Below are positions 27,668 through 36,644 of a stretch of DNA of 64,000 nt, piece by piece (the first letter of the stretch is position 1; each line of letters starts with the position of its first letter). Location of the stretch: NCBI GenBank assembly GCA_012842045.1, contig DUTP01000006.1, forward strand, positions 10,979-74,978, in the 5' to 3' direction. Origin of the DNA: Candidatus Dojkabacteria bacterium (GTDB lineage: Bacteria > Patescibacteriota > Dojkabacteria > SC72). Made by a program: the position numbers and the translations under genes. Below the pieces are notes generated by a model. It ran no database searches, was not told where the DNA came from, and worked only from the letters and a program-made list of their open reading frames with translations.

Positions 27668-29263
27668 ATGAAAATGGTCTTTCATAAAAATTTAAATATT
27701 GCTACTGTTAGGTCTAATTCCTCATGGAATAAGTTTGTAGTACATACTCTTTTACAGAACACATCTAGTAAGCAACCTTCAATTAATGCATATTTAGCTG
27801 CAAGATATAGTAGGTCTTCAGACTCAATTTTGGATATAGCTTCAGAAGTTATGGGTAAAGGTGTTGATGCAGCTGAGAGGTTGGAGAAGATTTTTGCAGG
27901 ATATGGGCACAAGTCAGTAGGGGATATGGCAGATCTTTTTGTATGTATTGAAAACATTCCTATGTATATGGCAATGAAACTTTTCTATATGAATTCGGTT
28001 GTTTCTGGTCAGGAGAGGTCTACTAGATATCAAGATTTTTCTAATCCTCAGTTTGTTAGAATTCCAGAAGAGGTTTGTAGTTCTGTGGAAGTAAGGAAGG
28101 AATATGATAGGTTGATTTTAAAACAAATGAATGATTATAGAGAATTGAAGAATCCTACTAGTGAGGCTTTAGCTAAGTTTTTTAAGATTAACGAAGAGAG
28201 TCCCCAAGAAGTATCAGCTCTTAAATCTCGCAGTTTTGATACACTAAGGTATTTGCTTCCTTATGGTCTTGATACGAGTGCTGCATATTTGATGTCGGCA
28301 AGAAATTGGTCTGAGAATATTAGTTATCTTTGTTCTGGTAGTAGTATTGTGGGTGAGGAGGTTTCTTCTTTGCTTCTTAATCTCCTTGGCGATTCTGATT
28401 TGGAAGCTAGGGGGTATATACGAGAAGCAGATGGATTGATAAGACATACAGAGGCAAATTGTTCTAGAGCTACTTCTACGCAGGAGATTTTGGAGTATAT
28501 GGGTAAGAGGTTAGATAGAAAACAAGAATTTGATATTGGTCTGAATGATATGGAGACAGTTAAAGTGAGTTATTCTCCAGAGTTTTCTGAATGTTTAGTC
28601 TCTCATTATGAGGCGTTATTGAATCCTTTAGGTTCAGCGTCGGAATATGAGTTTTCAGAGGAGGATCAGGAGGAGATAGGGGAGATTCTGTTTGAGAATC
28701 ATAATCATCATAATCAATTAGGAAATATTGGTCAGAGTGGAGCTGTTAAGATAGAGGGTTTTAGTTCTCTTGGTGTATTAAAGGATTTGAACAGGCATAG
28801 AAGTTTTGAAAGGTTTATTCCGCTATTTCATGATGAGATAGATATGGATCAGGAGTTAGACAGAAGAAGTGATGAATGCTTCTATCTCTGTAATTATCTA
28901 GACCTTGCTCCTTTGAAATCTTTGAGACAGGAGTATGTTAATAGATTAGTAGAAACATATGATGCAATAAAAGAGTGGAGGCAAAGTGCAAAAAAGAGTA
29001 TGTCTTTGGATGTTTGCAATGAGTTTACAAAATATTTGTTGCCTCATGCTCATGCTACTAGATACATTTTCTATGCATCTTTTGATGATTTACAATATAC
29101 CATAAATCTTAGAGTAAGGAATGGTGGACATATAGCATATAGAACATTGGTTTATGAATGGCTGAGGAAGCTATATGAGAAGGATGCTATTTGGGGAGGA
29201 TTATTGAAAAGAATAATCACTCCATCTGTTAGTGATAAGGGTCAGTTTGTTGATAGATCCTAA
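27668..29263 (+). CDS. ThyX-like (Thy1 family) protein, possible flavin-dependent thymidylate synthase, long two-lobed form. Tentative.
   Basis: The N-terminal half, GHKSVGDMADLFVCIENIPMYMAMKLFYMNSVVSGQERSTRY, aligns to ThyX motif H.SV.EH..FTF.I...SRA...QL.RHR..S...QSQRY but has YMN in place of RHR. The C-terminal half carries an RHR (LNRHRSFERF). It starts 1 nt after glyA. Confidence 0.4.
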   Translation: MKMVFHKNLNIATVRSNSSWNKFVVHTLLQNTSSKQPSINAYLAARYSRSSDSILDIASEVMGKGVDAAERLEKIFAGYGHKSVGDMADLFVCIENIPMYMAMKLFYMNSVVSGQERSTRYQDFSNPQFVRIPEEVCSSVEVRKEYDRLILKQMNDYRELKNPTSEALAKFFKINEESPQEVSALKSRSFDTLRYLLPYGLDTSAAYLMSARNWSENISYLCSGSSIVGEEVSSLLLNLLGDSDLEARGYIREADGLIRHTEANCSRATSTQEILEYMGKRLDRKQEFDIGLNDMETVKVSYSPEFSECLVSHYEALLNPLGSASEYEFSEEDQEEIGEILFENHNHHNQLGNIGQSGAVKIEGFSSLGVLKDLNRHRSFERFIPLFHDEIDMDQELDRRSDECFYLCNYLDLAPLKSLRQEYVNRLVETYDAIKEWRQSAKKSMSLDVCNEFTKYLLPHAHATRYIFYASFDDLQYTINLRVRNGGHIAYRTLVYEWLRKLYEKDAIWGGLLKRIITPSVSDKGQFVDRS

Positions 29264-29274
29264 ATTCCTTACAT

Positions 29275-30900
29275 CTACATTACAGGTGTTGGTGGTGTAG
29301 GAGGAGTATTTAGATTGTCTTGTGTAGGCTGCTGTATAGGTGGTATATTTCCTGAATTGTCTAAGTTGTCTGTAAGTAGAGTTTCTGCTTGTGAAAATGC
29401 ACTTGTGTCTCCAGGAGGGACATTGCCTATCTGTGGAGCTTGAATAGGTTCTTGAGTATTTCCCAAATCAAATATTTGATCTGTTTGTTGATTTGGATTT
29501 TGTGGTACGGTCTCTGCTTGTGGGAAAGCACCTGTGTCTACTGGTGACATATTACCTACTTCCTGAAAATCGGTTACAGGTGGTGGAGTTTGAACGGGTT
29601 CTTGGGTATACCCCAAATCAACGGCTTGATTTGCTTGTTGGTCTGTGTTTTCAATTGGAACTTGTGGCACTATTTCTGGTTGTGAAAATGCACCTGTATC
29701 TATTGGTGGTATATTTGCTACTTCTTGAACATCGGTTACAAGTGGTGGAGTTTGAATAGGTTCTTGAGTATTTCCCAAATCAAATATTTGATCTGTTTGT
29801 TCTACTGTGTTTTCAACTTGCGGTATAATCTCTGGCTGTGGACCTGTTTCTACTTGTGGTGCAACATTGGTATCTAAATTCCCATTACCATCAATAGGTG
29901 ATGTAGAACCAATGTTTGGTAAAGTATCCTCTGTGATATTAGCCTGATAATTGTCAGCGATATCAGATGTCAATCCAGCTGAAAGGGTTGAATTTCCCTC
30001 TGCTATAGATGTGTTTGTTTCTGTATCACTTTTCTCTCTATCTAGAAGTTCTTGCAAATCAGAATTCTCGGAGATAGTATTCTCCTGCGTTGTTGTTTCT
30101 GATGGAGGGGTTACGTCTACTGGTTTAATAATCTCATCTAATGTCTTTTTTGCAGGTGATTCTCCAACTTGATCTTGTAAAGGTTCTGTTGCAGCTTTTG
30201 CTTCAGCATTAACAATTGTAGTTGAAGCTGGAACATCGGCTAATACTACATCGTCTTTCTTCTTTGTAATAGAAAAAACAATTATGCCAACCAGAGAAAC
30301 TCCTGCTACTCCAAGGAGGACATATGCAAGAGTTTTCTTCAAATTACTACTCTCTTCTGTTTTTCCAGTTGTTTCTTTGCCAGTATTAGATATAGGGATA
30401 GGAGTTTCCCCCTCTGTGTCATCTGTTTTCACAAGGTCTTCTTCTCCAGTGTCAGTAGGTGTGTCATCATTGTTAGCTTCGTTTTTACTACCTACATTTA
30501 CAGTCTCACTTATACTTAATCCTCCAATTTGTGACTGTTCTTCTAATACTGTAAAAGTGTACTCGTCAGAAGTTGTACTAAACTCTATCTTTGCGAGGGT
30601 ACCGTCTAGAATGGTGTCTTGTGTCATTGTACATATAATTTCTACAAGGAGCCCATTCGGAGAAGAAGAAAAAGTGCTACAAAAACCATCTCCTTCTTCT
30701 ATATTTGAAATACTTACTCCTTCTGAAACTTCTAAAGCAACTTTAATACTTTTAGTCTTTTCCCCTTTAGTATCGATATTTACTAAGATCTGTTTTTTAT
30801 CTCCTACAGGACTATCCTGAAGTTCTATATTTGCCGCCATAGACGGAATAGGAGTTATTAAAAGTATTAAGAAAGCGTAAAAAAGAGAAACAAGTTTCAT
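29275..30900 (-). CDS. Surface protein: signal peptide, ectodomain, central TM, C-terminal three 53-aa tandem repeats and a PT tail
   Basis: 541 aa. N-terminus MKLVSLFYAFLILLITPIPSMA. TM LAYVLLGVAGVSLVGIIVFSIT followed by KKKDD. Repeat unit DQIFDLGNTQEPIQTPPLVTDVQEVANIPPIDTGAFSQPEIVPQV. Confidence 0.55.
   Translation of the reverse strand: MKLVSLFYAFLILLITPIPSMAANIELQDSPVGDKKQILVNIDTKGEKTKSIKVALEVSEGVSISNIEEGDGFCSTFSSSPNGLLVEIICTMTQDTILDGTLAKIEFSTTSDEYTFTVLEEQSQIGGLSISETVNVGSKNEANNDDTPTDTGEEDLVKTDDTEGETPIPISNTGKETTGKTEESSNLKKTLAYVLLGVAGVSLVGIIVFSITKKKDDVVLADVPASTTIVNAEAKAATEPLQDQVGESPAKKTLDEIIKPVDVTPPSETTTQENTISENSDLQELLDREKSDTETNTSIAEGNSTLSAGLTSDIADNYQANITEDTLPNIGSTSPIDGNGNLDTNVAPQVETGPQPEIIPQVENTVEQTDQIFDLGNTQEPIQTPPLVTDVQEVANIPPIDTGAFSQPEIVPQVPIENTDQQANQAVDLGYTQEPVQTPPPVTDFQEVGNMSPVDTGAFPQAETVPQNPNQQTDQIFDLGNTQEPIQAPQIGNVPPGDTSAFSQAETLLTDNLDNSGNIPPIQQPTQDNLNTPPTPPTPVM
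29390..29860. repeat. Three tandem in-frame repeats of about 157 bp inside the 29275-30900 gene
   Basis: ttcttgagtatttcccaaatcaaatatttgatctgtttg occurs at about 29447 and 29762, with a diverged copy at about 29604. Confidence 0.7.
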
Positions 30901-31029
30901 TTTTAAGGCAGTTTAATTTAGTTGTTATTAGAATATCATTGTGAATGCAGTATGTCAAAGGTTAAAAATGTGTTATAACACTAGTAACAGTTGACATCTA
31001 GCTTGTTGGTATAGTAAAATACATGCATG

Positions 31030-31058
31030 TTGACAGGAAATCCCTTGTAATTATTAAT
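31030..31058 (+). promoter_or_regulatory. Putative rpsO promoter (TTGACA at about 31030, AT-rich -10 region)
   Basis: catgTTGACAggaaatcccttgtaattattaatatttaat lies 25-50 nt upstream of rpsO. Confidence 0.4.
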
Positions 31059-31082
31059 ATTTAATGATAGCCTGTACAGATT

Positions 31083-31346
31083 ATGGCACTAACTAAAGAA
31101 GAAAAAGCTAAAGTGGTAAAGCAATTTGAGCTTCATGAAGGAGACACTGGTTCCCCGGAAGTTCAGATAGCTCTACTTAGTAAACAGATTGAAGATTTGA
31201 GCGAGCATTTGAAGGTTCATAAGAAGGATAACCACTCAAGAAGAGGTTTGCTTCAGTTAGTTGGTAAGAGAAGGAGATTACTCCAGTATCTAAAAGAAAA
31301 CGAAATAGAAAGGCATGATGCTTTAGTTAAAAAGCTCAAATTATAG
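31083..31346 (+). CDS. rpsO: 30S ribosomal protein S15
   Basis: [57 protein letters not shown]... Confidence 0.95.
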   Translation: MALTKEEKAKVVKQFELHEGDTGSPEVQIALLSKQIEDLSEHLKVHKKDNHSRRGLLQLVGKRRRLLQYLKENEIERHDALVKKLKL

Positions 31347-31354
31347 AGCTTTTT
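31329..31354 (+). terminator. Hairpin (AAAAAGCTC-N8-GAGCTTTTT) overlapping the rpsO stop codon, with a U-rich tail. Attenuator between rpsO and pnp.
   Basis: aaaaagctcAAATTATAgagctttttacctttcccctttctttg. An rpsO-pnp intergenic terminator is a widely conserved arrangement. Confidence 0.55.
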
Positions 31355-31452
31355 ACCTTTCCCCTTTCTTTGTAAATACTTTCCCATTAGAATACATATG
31401 TCTTAAGTTTTTATAGACATTCTTTTGTAGATAAATTTAATAATTAATATAA

Positions 31453-33531
31453 ATGTTATACAAAGAAATTAAACATGAGTTTGAGATTGATGGTAGAAAA
31501 TGTTCTTTTGAAACAGGCAAACTAGCACTCAAATCAGAGTCATCTATTCTAGCAAAGATGGGTGATACGGTAATTACTGTAAATGTAAATACCAAACCTT
31601 TATCAGGAGAGATGGACTATTTCCCACTTTCAGTGGAATATATTGAGAAGTTTTATGCTTCTGGTAAAATCAGTGGTTCCAGGTTTGTTAAGAGAGAGAG
31701 GTTTCCCAGTGATGATGCAATCTTAAAAGCTAGGATGATTGATAGGGCAATTAGACCAAGGTTTCCACATGACTACAAGAACGAAGTCAGTGTTATTGTT
31801 ACTGTTATGTCATATGATGAAGAGAATGATCCTGCACTTTTAGCTATTAATGCAGTTTCAGTTGCTTTGATGGCGTCCTCAGCACCATTTGAAGGTCCTC
31901 TTGGTGCTGTAAGATTAGGTTTGGAAGGAGAGAATATTGTAAGTGTGTATAAAGCGATGGATTTGACTTCTGATGAAGAGAAGATGAATTATGTTGTTGC
32001 TGGTGATGGAGAAGTGTTTACTATGATAGATGCAGGTGTGCATATTGTTCCAGAAGAGAAGTTGTTAGAAGGTATGGAGAAATCTCTTGAAATGATGAGT
32101 AAATGGATTAAGCCTCAAGAAGATTTCTTAGCAAAGTTAGAGAATATAGATAAAACATATGAAGCTAAAGCTCTTTCAGGAGAAGTGATAGAAGAAGTTC
32201 GAGGTGTTCTTAGTGAGGAAGAGATTAGGAAAAACTTAGAATCAGGAGATTCTAATCTTCATACAGCTAGCAAGGAGAAATTATATACAGAGTTTGAAGG
32301 GAAATATGCTAAGGCTGATATTAATGAGGCTTATGAATTCTTGCAAAGAGAGATGTTGAGAAAAATTGTATTAACAGAAAATAAAAGAGTTGATGGTAGA
32401 GCAATGGATGAGATTAGAGAGATGGCCACAGAGGTTGATTTATTACCAAGAGTTCATGGGTCAGCTCTGTTCACTAGAGGTGTTACTCAGACATTGACGA
32501 TTGCTACTCTTGGAAGTTTAAGAGATGTGAAGTTGGTTGATGATATGGAAGGAGAGAGAGAGCAGAGGTATATGCACTTCTATAATGATTTACCATTTGC
32601 ATATGGTGATGTAGATAGAGTGAGATTAATGCCAAGTAGACGAGCTATTGGACACGGTATGTTAGCTGAGAAAGCTCTTTGGCCAGTAATTCCTTCAGAG
32701 GAAGAATTCCCATATACAATGTTAGTAATGAGTGAAATACAGGGAGAAAATGGCTCAAGTTCAATGGCTTCAGCTTGTGGTTCTTCTATGGCTTTAATGG
32801 CTGCAGGAGTTCCAATTAAGGATGTTGTAGGAGGAATTGCTTGTGGTTTAGTTACTGGTGAGGAAGGAGAGTTTAAAGTGTTAACAGATATGCAAGGAGT
32901 TGAAGATTTCTATGGTGATATGGACTTCAAAATTACAGGTACATTAGAAGGTGTTACTGCAGTACAGATGGATACCAAGACAAAAGGATTGAGTATGGAA
33001 GTTGTAAGGCAGACATTTGCACAATCTAAAGAAGCTCGACAAGTTGTAATTGCTAAGATTAAAGAAGCAATTGCCGAACCAAGAGAAGAGATGTCTCAAT
33101 ATGCACCACGAGTTGTACAGATTAAAGTACCAACAGACAAGATTGGTGAAATAATTGGTCCTGGAGGTAAGAATATTAGAGAGCTTTCTGAAAAAACAGG
33201 AGCAGAGATCGAGATAGAAGAGGATGGTACTGTAAATATATATAGTACATCAAAAGAATCTATAGATGCGGCATCAAAAGCGATTGGGGGGTACAACTTT
33301 GTACCAGAGGTTGGAGAGATTTATGAAGGTAAAGTAGCTTCTATTATGCCTTACGGCGCTTTTGTAGATCTTGCTCCAAATATCTCAGGTCTTTTGCATG
33401 TATCAGAGATGGCAGACAAATTTATAAAAGATGTCCGAGAATATGTTAACGAAGGAGATGTTCTTAAGGTAAAAATTATTGGTATTGATAAGATGGGTAA
33501 AATTAAGTTGAGTATAAAAGGTGTTAAGTAA
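31453..33531 (+). CDS. pnp: Polyribonucleotide nucleotidyltransferase (PNPase)
   Basis: Two RNase PH-like domains plus C-terminal KH (VPTDKIGEIIGPGGKNIRELSEKTGA) and S1 (GEIYEGKVASIMPYGAFVDL) domains. 692 aa. Confidence 0.95.
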   Translation: MLYKEIKHEFEIDGRKCSFETGKLALKSESSILAKMGDTVITVNVNTKPLSGEMDYFPLSVEYIEKFYASGKISGSRFVKRERFPSDDAILKARMIDRAIRPRFPHDYKNEVSVIVTVMSYDEENDPALLAINAVSVALMASSAPFEGPLGAVRLGLEGENIVSVYKAMDLTSDEEKMNYVVAGDGEVFTMIDAGVHIVPEEKLLEGMEKSLEMMSKWIKPQEDFLAKLENIDKTYEAKALSGEVIEEVRGVLSEEEIRKNLESGDSNLHTASKEKLYTEFEGKYAKADINEAYEFLQREMLRKIVLTENKRVDGRAMDEIREMATEVDLLPRVHGSALFTRGVTQTLTIATLGSLRDVKLVDDMEGEREQRYMHFYNDLPFAYGDVDRVRLMPSRRAIGHGMLAEKALWPVIPSEEEFPYTMLVMSEIQGENGSSSMASACGSSMALMAAGVPIKDVVGGIACGLVTGEEGEFKVLTDMQGVEDFYGDMDFKITGTLEGVTAVQMDTKTKGLSMEVVRQTFAQSKEARQVVIAKIKEAIAEPREEMSQYAPRVVQIKVPTDKIGEIIGPGGKNIRELSEKTGAEIEIEEDGTVNIYSTSKESIDAASKAIGGYNFVPEVGEIYEGKVASIMPYGAFVDLAPNISGLLHVSEMADKFIKDVREYVNEGDVLKVKIIGIDKMGKIKLSIKGVK

Positions 33532-33563
33532 ATTTTAACATCTCTTTGTGCTAATATCTTAGT

Positions 33564-34115
33564 ATGAAAGACATACTAGTACATACATGCTGTGCAGATT
33601 GTCTGTTGAATACAGTTCAATATTTAGTCAAAAATGAGCAAATTACTTCTCATGACTCTATTACTATCTTTTTCTACAATCCCAATATACACCCAAGGTC
33701 AGAGTATTTAGAGAGATTAAAAGCTTTAAAAGAAATTCTTCCTAAAGTAGAAGAGCACATTAAAACCAAATTAGTGATTCCCAACTACTCACCAAAAGAA
33801 TATTTCTCTAAGGTTTTACCTGTTAGTACAAAAGTGGGGGAGAGATGTATACATTGTTGGGAGTTAAGGCTTAAAGCTCTTTTTGATTATGCAAAAACAA
33901 ACAGGTTTCAGTATGTAACAACAACTTTACTGACAAGTCATTATCAAAACAGAAAGAAAATTGTAGAGATAGGGAGTGCCTTAGAAAAGGAATACAAAAT
34001 TACTTTTTTAAAAGTAGATCATTTATGTAATGCAAAACATAAAGGTTTTTACAAACAGAACTATTGTGGTTGTTGTTTCTCGCTTGTAGAGAAATATCTT
34101 GATAAGAATATATAA
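33564..34115 (+). CDS. queH: Epoxyqueuosine reductase QueH (DUF208)
   Basis: MKDILVHTCCADC...FFYNPNIHPRSEYLERL matches the QueH consensus (LLLHSCCAPC...FYNPNIHP.EEY..R). Confidence 0.7.
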   Translation: MKDILVHTCCADCLLNTVQYLVKNEQITSHDSITIFFYNPNIHPRSEYLERLKALKEILPKVEEHIKTKLVIPNYSPKEYFSKVLPVSTKVGERCIHCWELRLKALFDYAKTNRFQYVTTTLLTSHYQNRKKIVEIGSALEKEYKITFLKVDHLCNAKHKGFYKQNYCGCCFSLVEKYLDKNI

Positions 34116-34134
34116 ATTTGTGAGCTAAAAAGGT

Positions 34135-34254
34135 ATGAAATATTTTTGGATAGGTGTACTAAGTTTCCCTGTACTATTATTAATCTTATTAGTTATATCT
34201 AAAATTCTACCCAGCAAGGATATAGATGATAATCCAGAAGATGAAGAGGAATAG
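34135..34254 (+). CDS. Possible 39-aa small membrane peptide (TM plus acidic tail) upstream of the response regulator. Speculative.
   Basis: MKYFWIGVLSFPVLLLILLVISKILPSKDIDDNPEDEEE. It is not in the ORF track because it is shorter than 60 aa. No homology support. Confidence 0.2.
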   Translation: MKYFWIGVLSFPVLLLILLVISKILPSKDIDDNPEDEEE

Positions 34255-34317
34255 TTTCTATACTTTTACTGTTTTGAAACCTTCTTGTAAGAAATCTAAG
34301 TTACTATCTTCATAGAC

Positions 34318-34995
34318 ATGAAAAGACAGAAAGTTTTAATTGTTGAAGATAATGCTACCTTAGTTCATATGTTGCAACGTTTTTTTGATGGTTTAGGGTT
34401 TGATAGTGACTATGCATATACAGGTAAACAGTTTACACAGAGATTGAGAGAAGAACATTACGTTTTAATTATTGTTGATATTATGCTACCGGACACTTCA
34501 GGGTTTAACATTATTAAGAAAATTCGTAGGTTTAACAAGGAGAAACCAATTATTGTAATAACGACAGATGAAGAAATAGAGAGCCAAATAAAATCTTTTA
34601 AGGAAGGGGCAAGTCTTTTTCATAAAAAGCCAATCGAATACACTTTACTTCGGGAACAGGTATTCAATTTATTGAGAAAGGATAGTGTTGATGTGGAAAA
34701 GGAGATAGGAGAACTTGTTATAAACTTGAATAGTAGGACAGTGAAGAAGGGAAATAAGGATATATCTTTGACATGTTTAGAGTTTGCTATGTTGGAGGTT
34801 TTAATTAATAACGCCAAAAGTATATTAAGTAGAGAAGCCATTATTTCCCTACTTGATGAAGATGGTTGTGAAAAGGAATTAACAAGTGTTGATACCATAG
34901 TTTGTAGGATAAGGAAGAAATTAGGGGAAGAGATTCAAGATAGTATCATTGAAACAGTAAGAGGTGTTGGTTACAGGATTCGTTCAGGAATATAG
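34318..34995 (+). CDS. Two-component response regulator, OmpR/PhoB family
   Basis: Receiver domain (KVLIVEDN..., IIVDIMLPDTSG, ...KKP) and C-terminal winged-helix (ETVRGVGYRI). Confidence 0.85.
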   Translation: MKRQKVLIVEDNATLVHMLQRFFDGLGFDSDYAYTGKQFTQRLREEHYVLIIVDIMLPDTSGFNIIKKIRRFNKEKPIIVITTDEEIESQIKSFKEGASLFHKKPIEYTLLREQVFNLLRKDSVDVEKEIGELVINLNSRTVKKGNKDISLTCLEFAMLEVLINNAKSILSREAIISLLDEDGCEKELTSVDTIVCRIRKKLGEEIQDSIIETVRGVGYRIRSGI

Positions 34996-36060
34996 TAGGA
35001 AATACAGTGAAACCGTGTTCTTTCCGTCTTTCTCTTTTTTAATCTTCATATATCCATTAAAAACTTCTTTAATTGAATCTTCAACAAAAGCTAACCCTGT
35101 ACTAATATACTTACACTTTCTTGATATGAAGTATCTCTCTTGACAGACCTCAATGATATCAGGATTTATTCCCTTACCAGTATCACTAATATCAATAACA
35201 AAATATTTTCCCTCTGTTCTTGTTGTAATAAATATCTTCTTATCTTTTTCCCTTTTCTCTAACTCTTCTAAAGCATTAAGAAAAATATTCCCAACAATCC
35301 TAAGAAAAGTACTTCTATTTCCTTGTAGTATTTTCTTTCTGGTATACTTCTCAATAACAGTGATTTCAGCACGACTTATTCTATGCTTGGATAATGAAAT
35401 AATTGATTTTACACATTCCTCAGCATTGAATTTCTCAAAATTATATTGACAAGAATAGTCCTTCATTAAAAAATTAGTACTATTTAACATCTCTACGATT
35501 TGGTTTACTGCATTGTCAATATCATTAAAAATCTCTCTATATTCCTTTTTTGTTAAAGCATCTCTTTTCATGAATTCACATCCAAGAGAAAGGACACTCA
35601 CAGGTGTACTCACATCATGGATTAAAGATCTAGCTATTTTACCCAACAATCTGTTTGCATGTTCATGTTTAGCTGTAATTATTAAATTCTCTCTTTTTTC
35701 TCGAAAAAGGGTAATATTCTTAAATATGAAGATGATAAATCTGAGAAGCAAGGTTAGTATTGCAAAGAAGTAAAAGAAAGTTAGAAAGTAATATTGTGGA
35801 AATCTTTTCACAAAAATTAGAACAGGAATGTAACAGAAGAACAGAAACAGAGTTAATACTAACAGTAAAATTCTTGTTGAGTGTTTTCTTAAAGAGACAT
35901 ATGCCAAAGTAAAAACAACAGAAGCGATTAGAAAAATTAATGCGAAACTCTTTTCTGAGACAAGAATACCTACTAGGATAAGGGCCAGAAATCCAATACT
36001 AAAGAAAGAATCTGTAAGTTTTTGGAGGTTTTGGTCTAATCTTTCTTTTGAGGACAACAT
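34984..36060 (-). CDS. Sensor histidine kinase (membrane)
   Basis: N-terminal TM helices, H-box (ARSLIHDVSTPVSVL), HATPase_c motifs (NIFLNALEE, ISDTGKGI, GLAFV). The stop codon is TGA. The 3' end overlaps the response-regulator 3' end by 12 nt (convergent). Confidence 0.75.
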   Translation of the reverse strand: MLSSKERLDQNLQKLTDSFFSIGFLALILVGILVSEKSFALIFLIASVVFTLAYVSLRKHSTRILLLVLTLFLFFCYIPVLIFVKRFPQYYFLTFFYFFAILTLLLRFIIFIFKNITLFREKRENLIITAKHEHANRLLGKIARSLIHDVSTPVSVLSLGCEFMKRDALTKKEYREIFNDIDNAVNQIVEMLNSTNFLMKDYSCQYNFEKFNAEECVKSIISLSKHRISRAEITVIEKYTRKKILQGNRSTFLRIVGNIFLNALEELEKREKDKKIFITTRTEGKYFVIDISDTGKGINPDIIEVCQERYFISRKCKYISTGLAFVEDSIKEVFNGYMKIKKEKDGKNTVSLYFLLYS

Positions 36061-36153
36061 TGAGTGCAGGTCTTTAGATTAACTTGGACTTATATAAATA
36101 ATATACTCCTTTTGTTTCAATTTCCTTACAAAAATGTGTGATATAATTGTGCT

Positions 36154-36627
36154 ATGTCAAAACCTTTAAGAATATTAACAATTGATAACAAAAAAGATGA
36201 AGAGGTCTTAAGGACTCCAAGCAAAGATGTTGCTTTGGAAGAGATTGGGAGTACAGATTTTGAAGCCTTTTTAGAGAAATTACTTTTGACAGCAAAATTA
36301 AGTGAGGAGCCAGCTGGTGGAATTGCAGCACCTCAGGTTGGTGTGAATAAAAACATATTTTTCTTACTCAATTATGACACGAATGAATGGGAAGTTTTTA
36401 TTAATCCAGAAGTTGAACCTGTTGGTTTTGTAAAAACGAGTATAGAAGAATCATGCCTCAGTGTTCCCAATGTAGAAGAGGAGGTACAGAGATATAAAAA
36501 TATTAGAATTAAATATTTAGATAGAGAAGGTAAAAAACATACTAGGAAATATAAGGATCTCAACGCTGTAACCATACAACATGAAAAAGATCATTTAGAT
36601 GGTATACTGTTTATAGATAGAATATAA
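36154..36627 (+). CDS. def: Peptide deformylase
   Basis: GGIAAPQVGVNKNIFF (motif 1), EESCLSVPN (motif 2), QHEKDHLDGILF (motif 3). Confidence 0.9.
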   Translation: MSKPLRILTIDNKKDEEVLRTPSKDVALEEIGSTDFEAFLEKLLLTAKLSEEPAGGIAAPQVGVNKNIFFLLNYDTNEWEVFINPEVEPVGFVKTSIEESCLSVPNVEEEVQRYKNIRIKYLDREGKKHTRKYKDLNAVTIQHEKDHLDGILFIDRI

Positions 36628-36644
36628 TTTTTTTACAATCTGCC

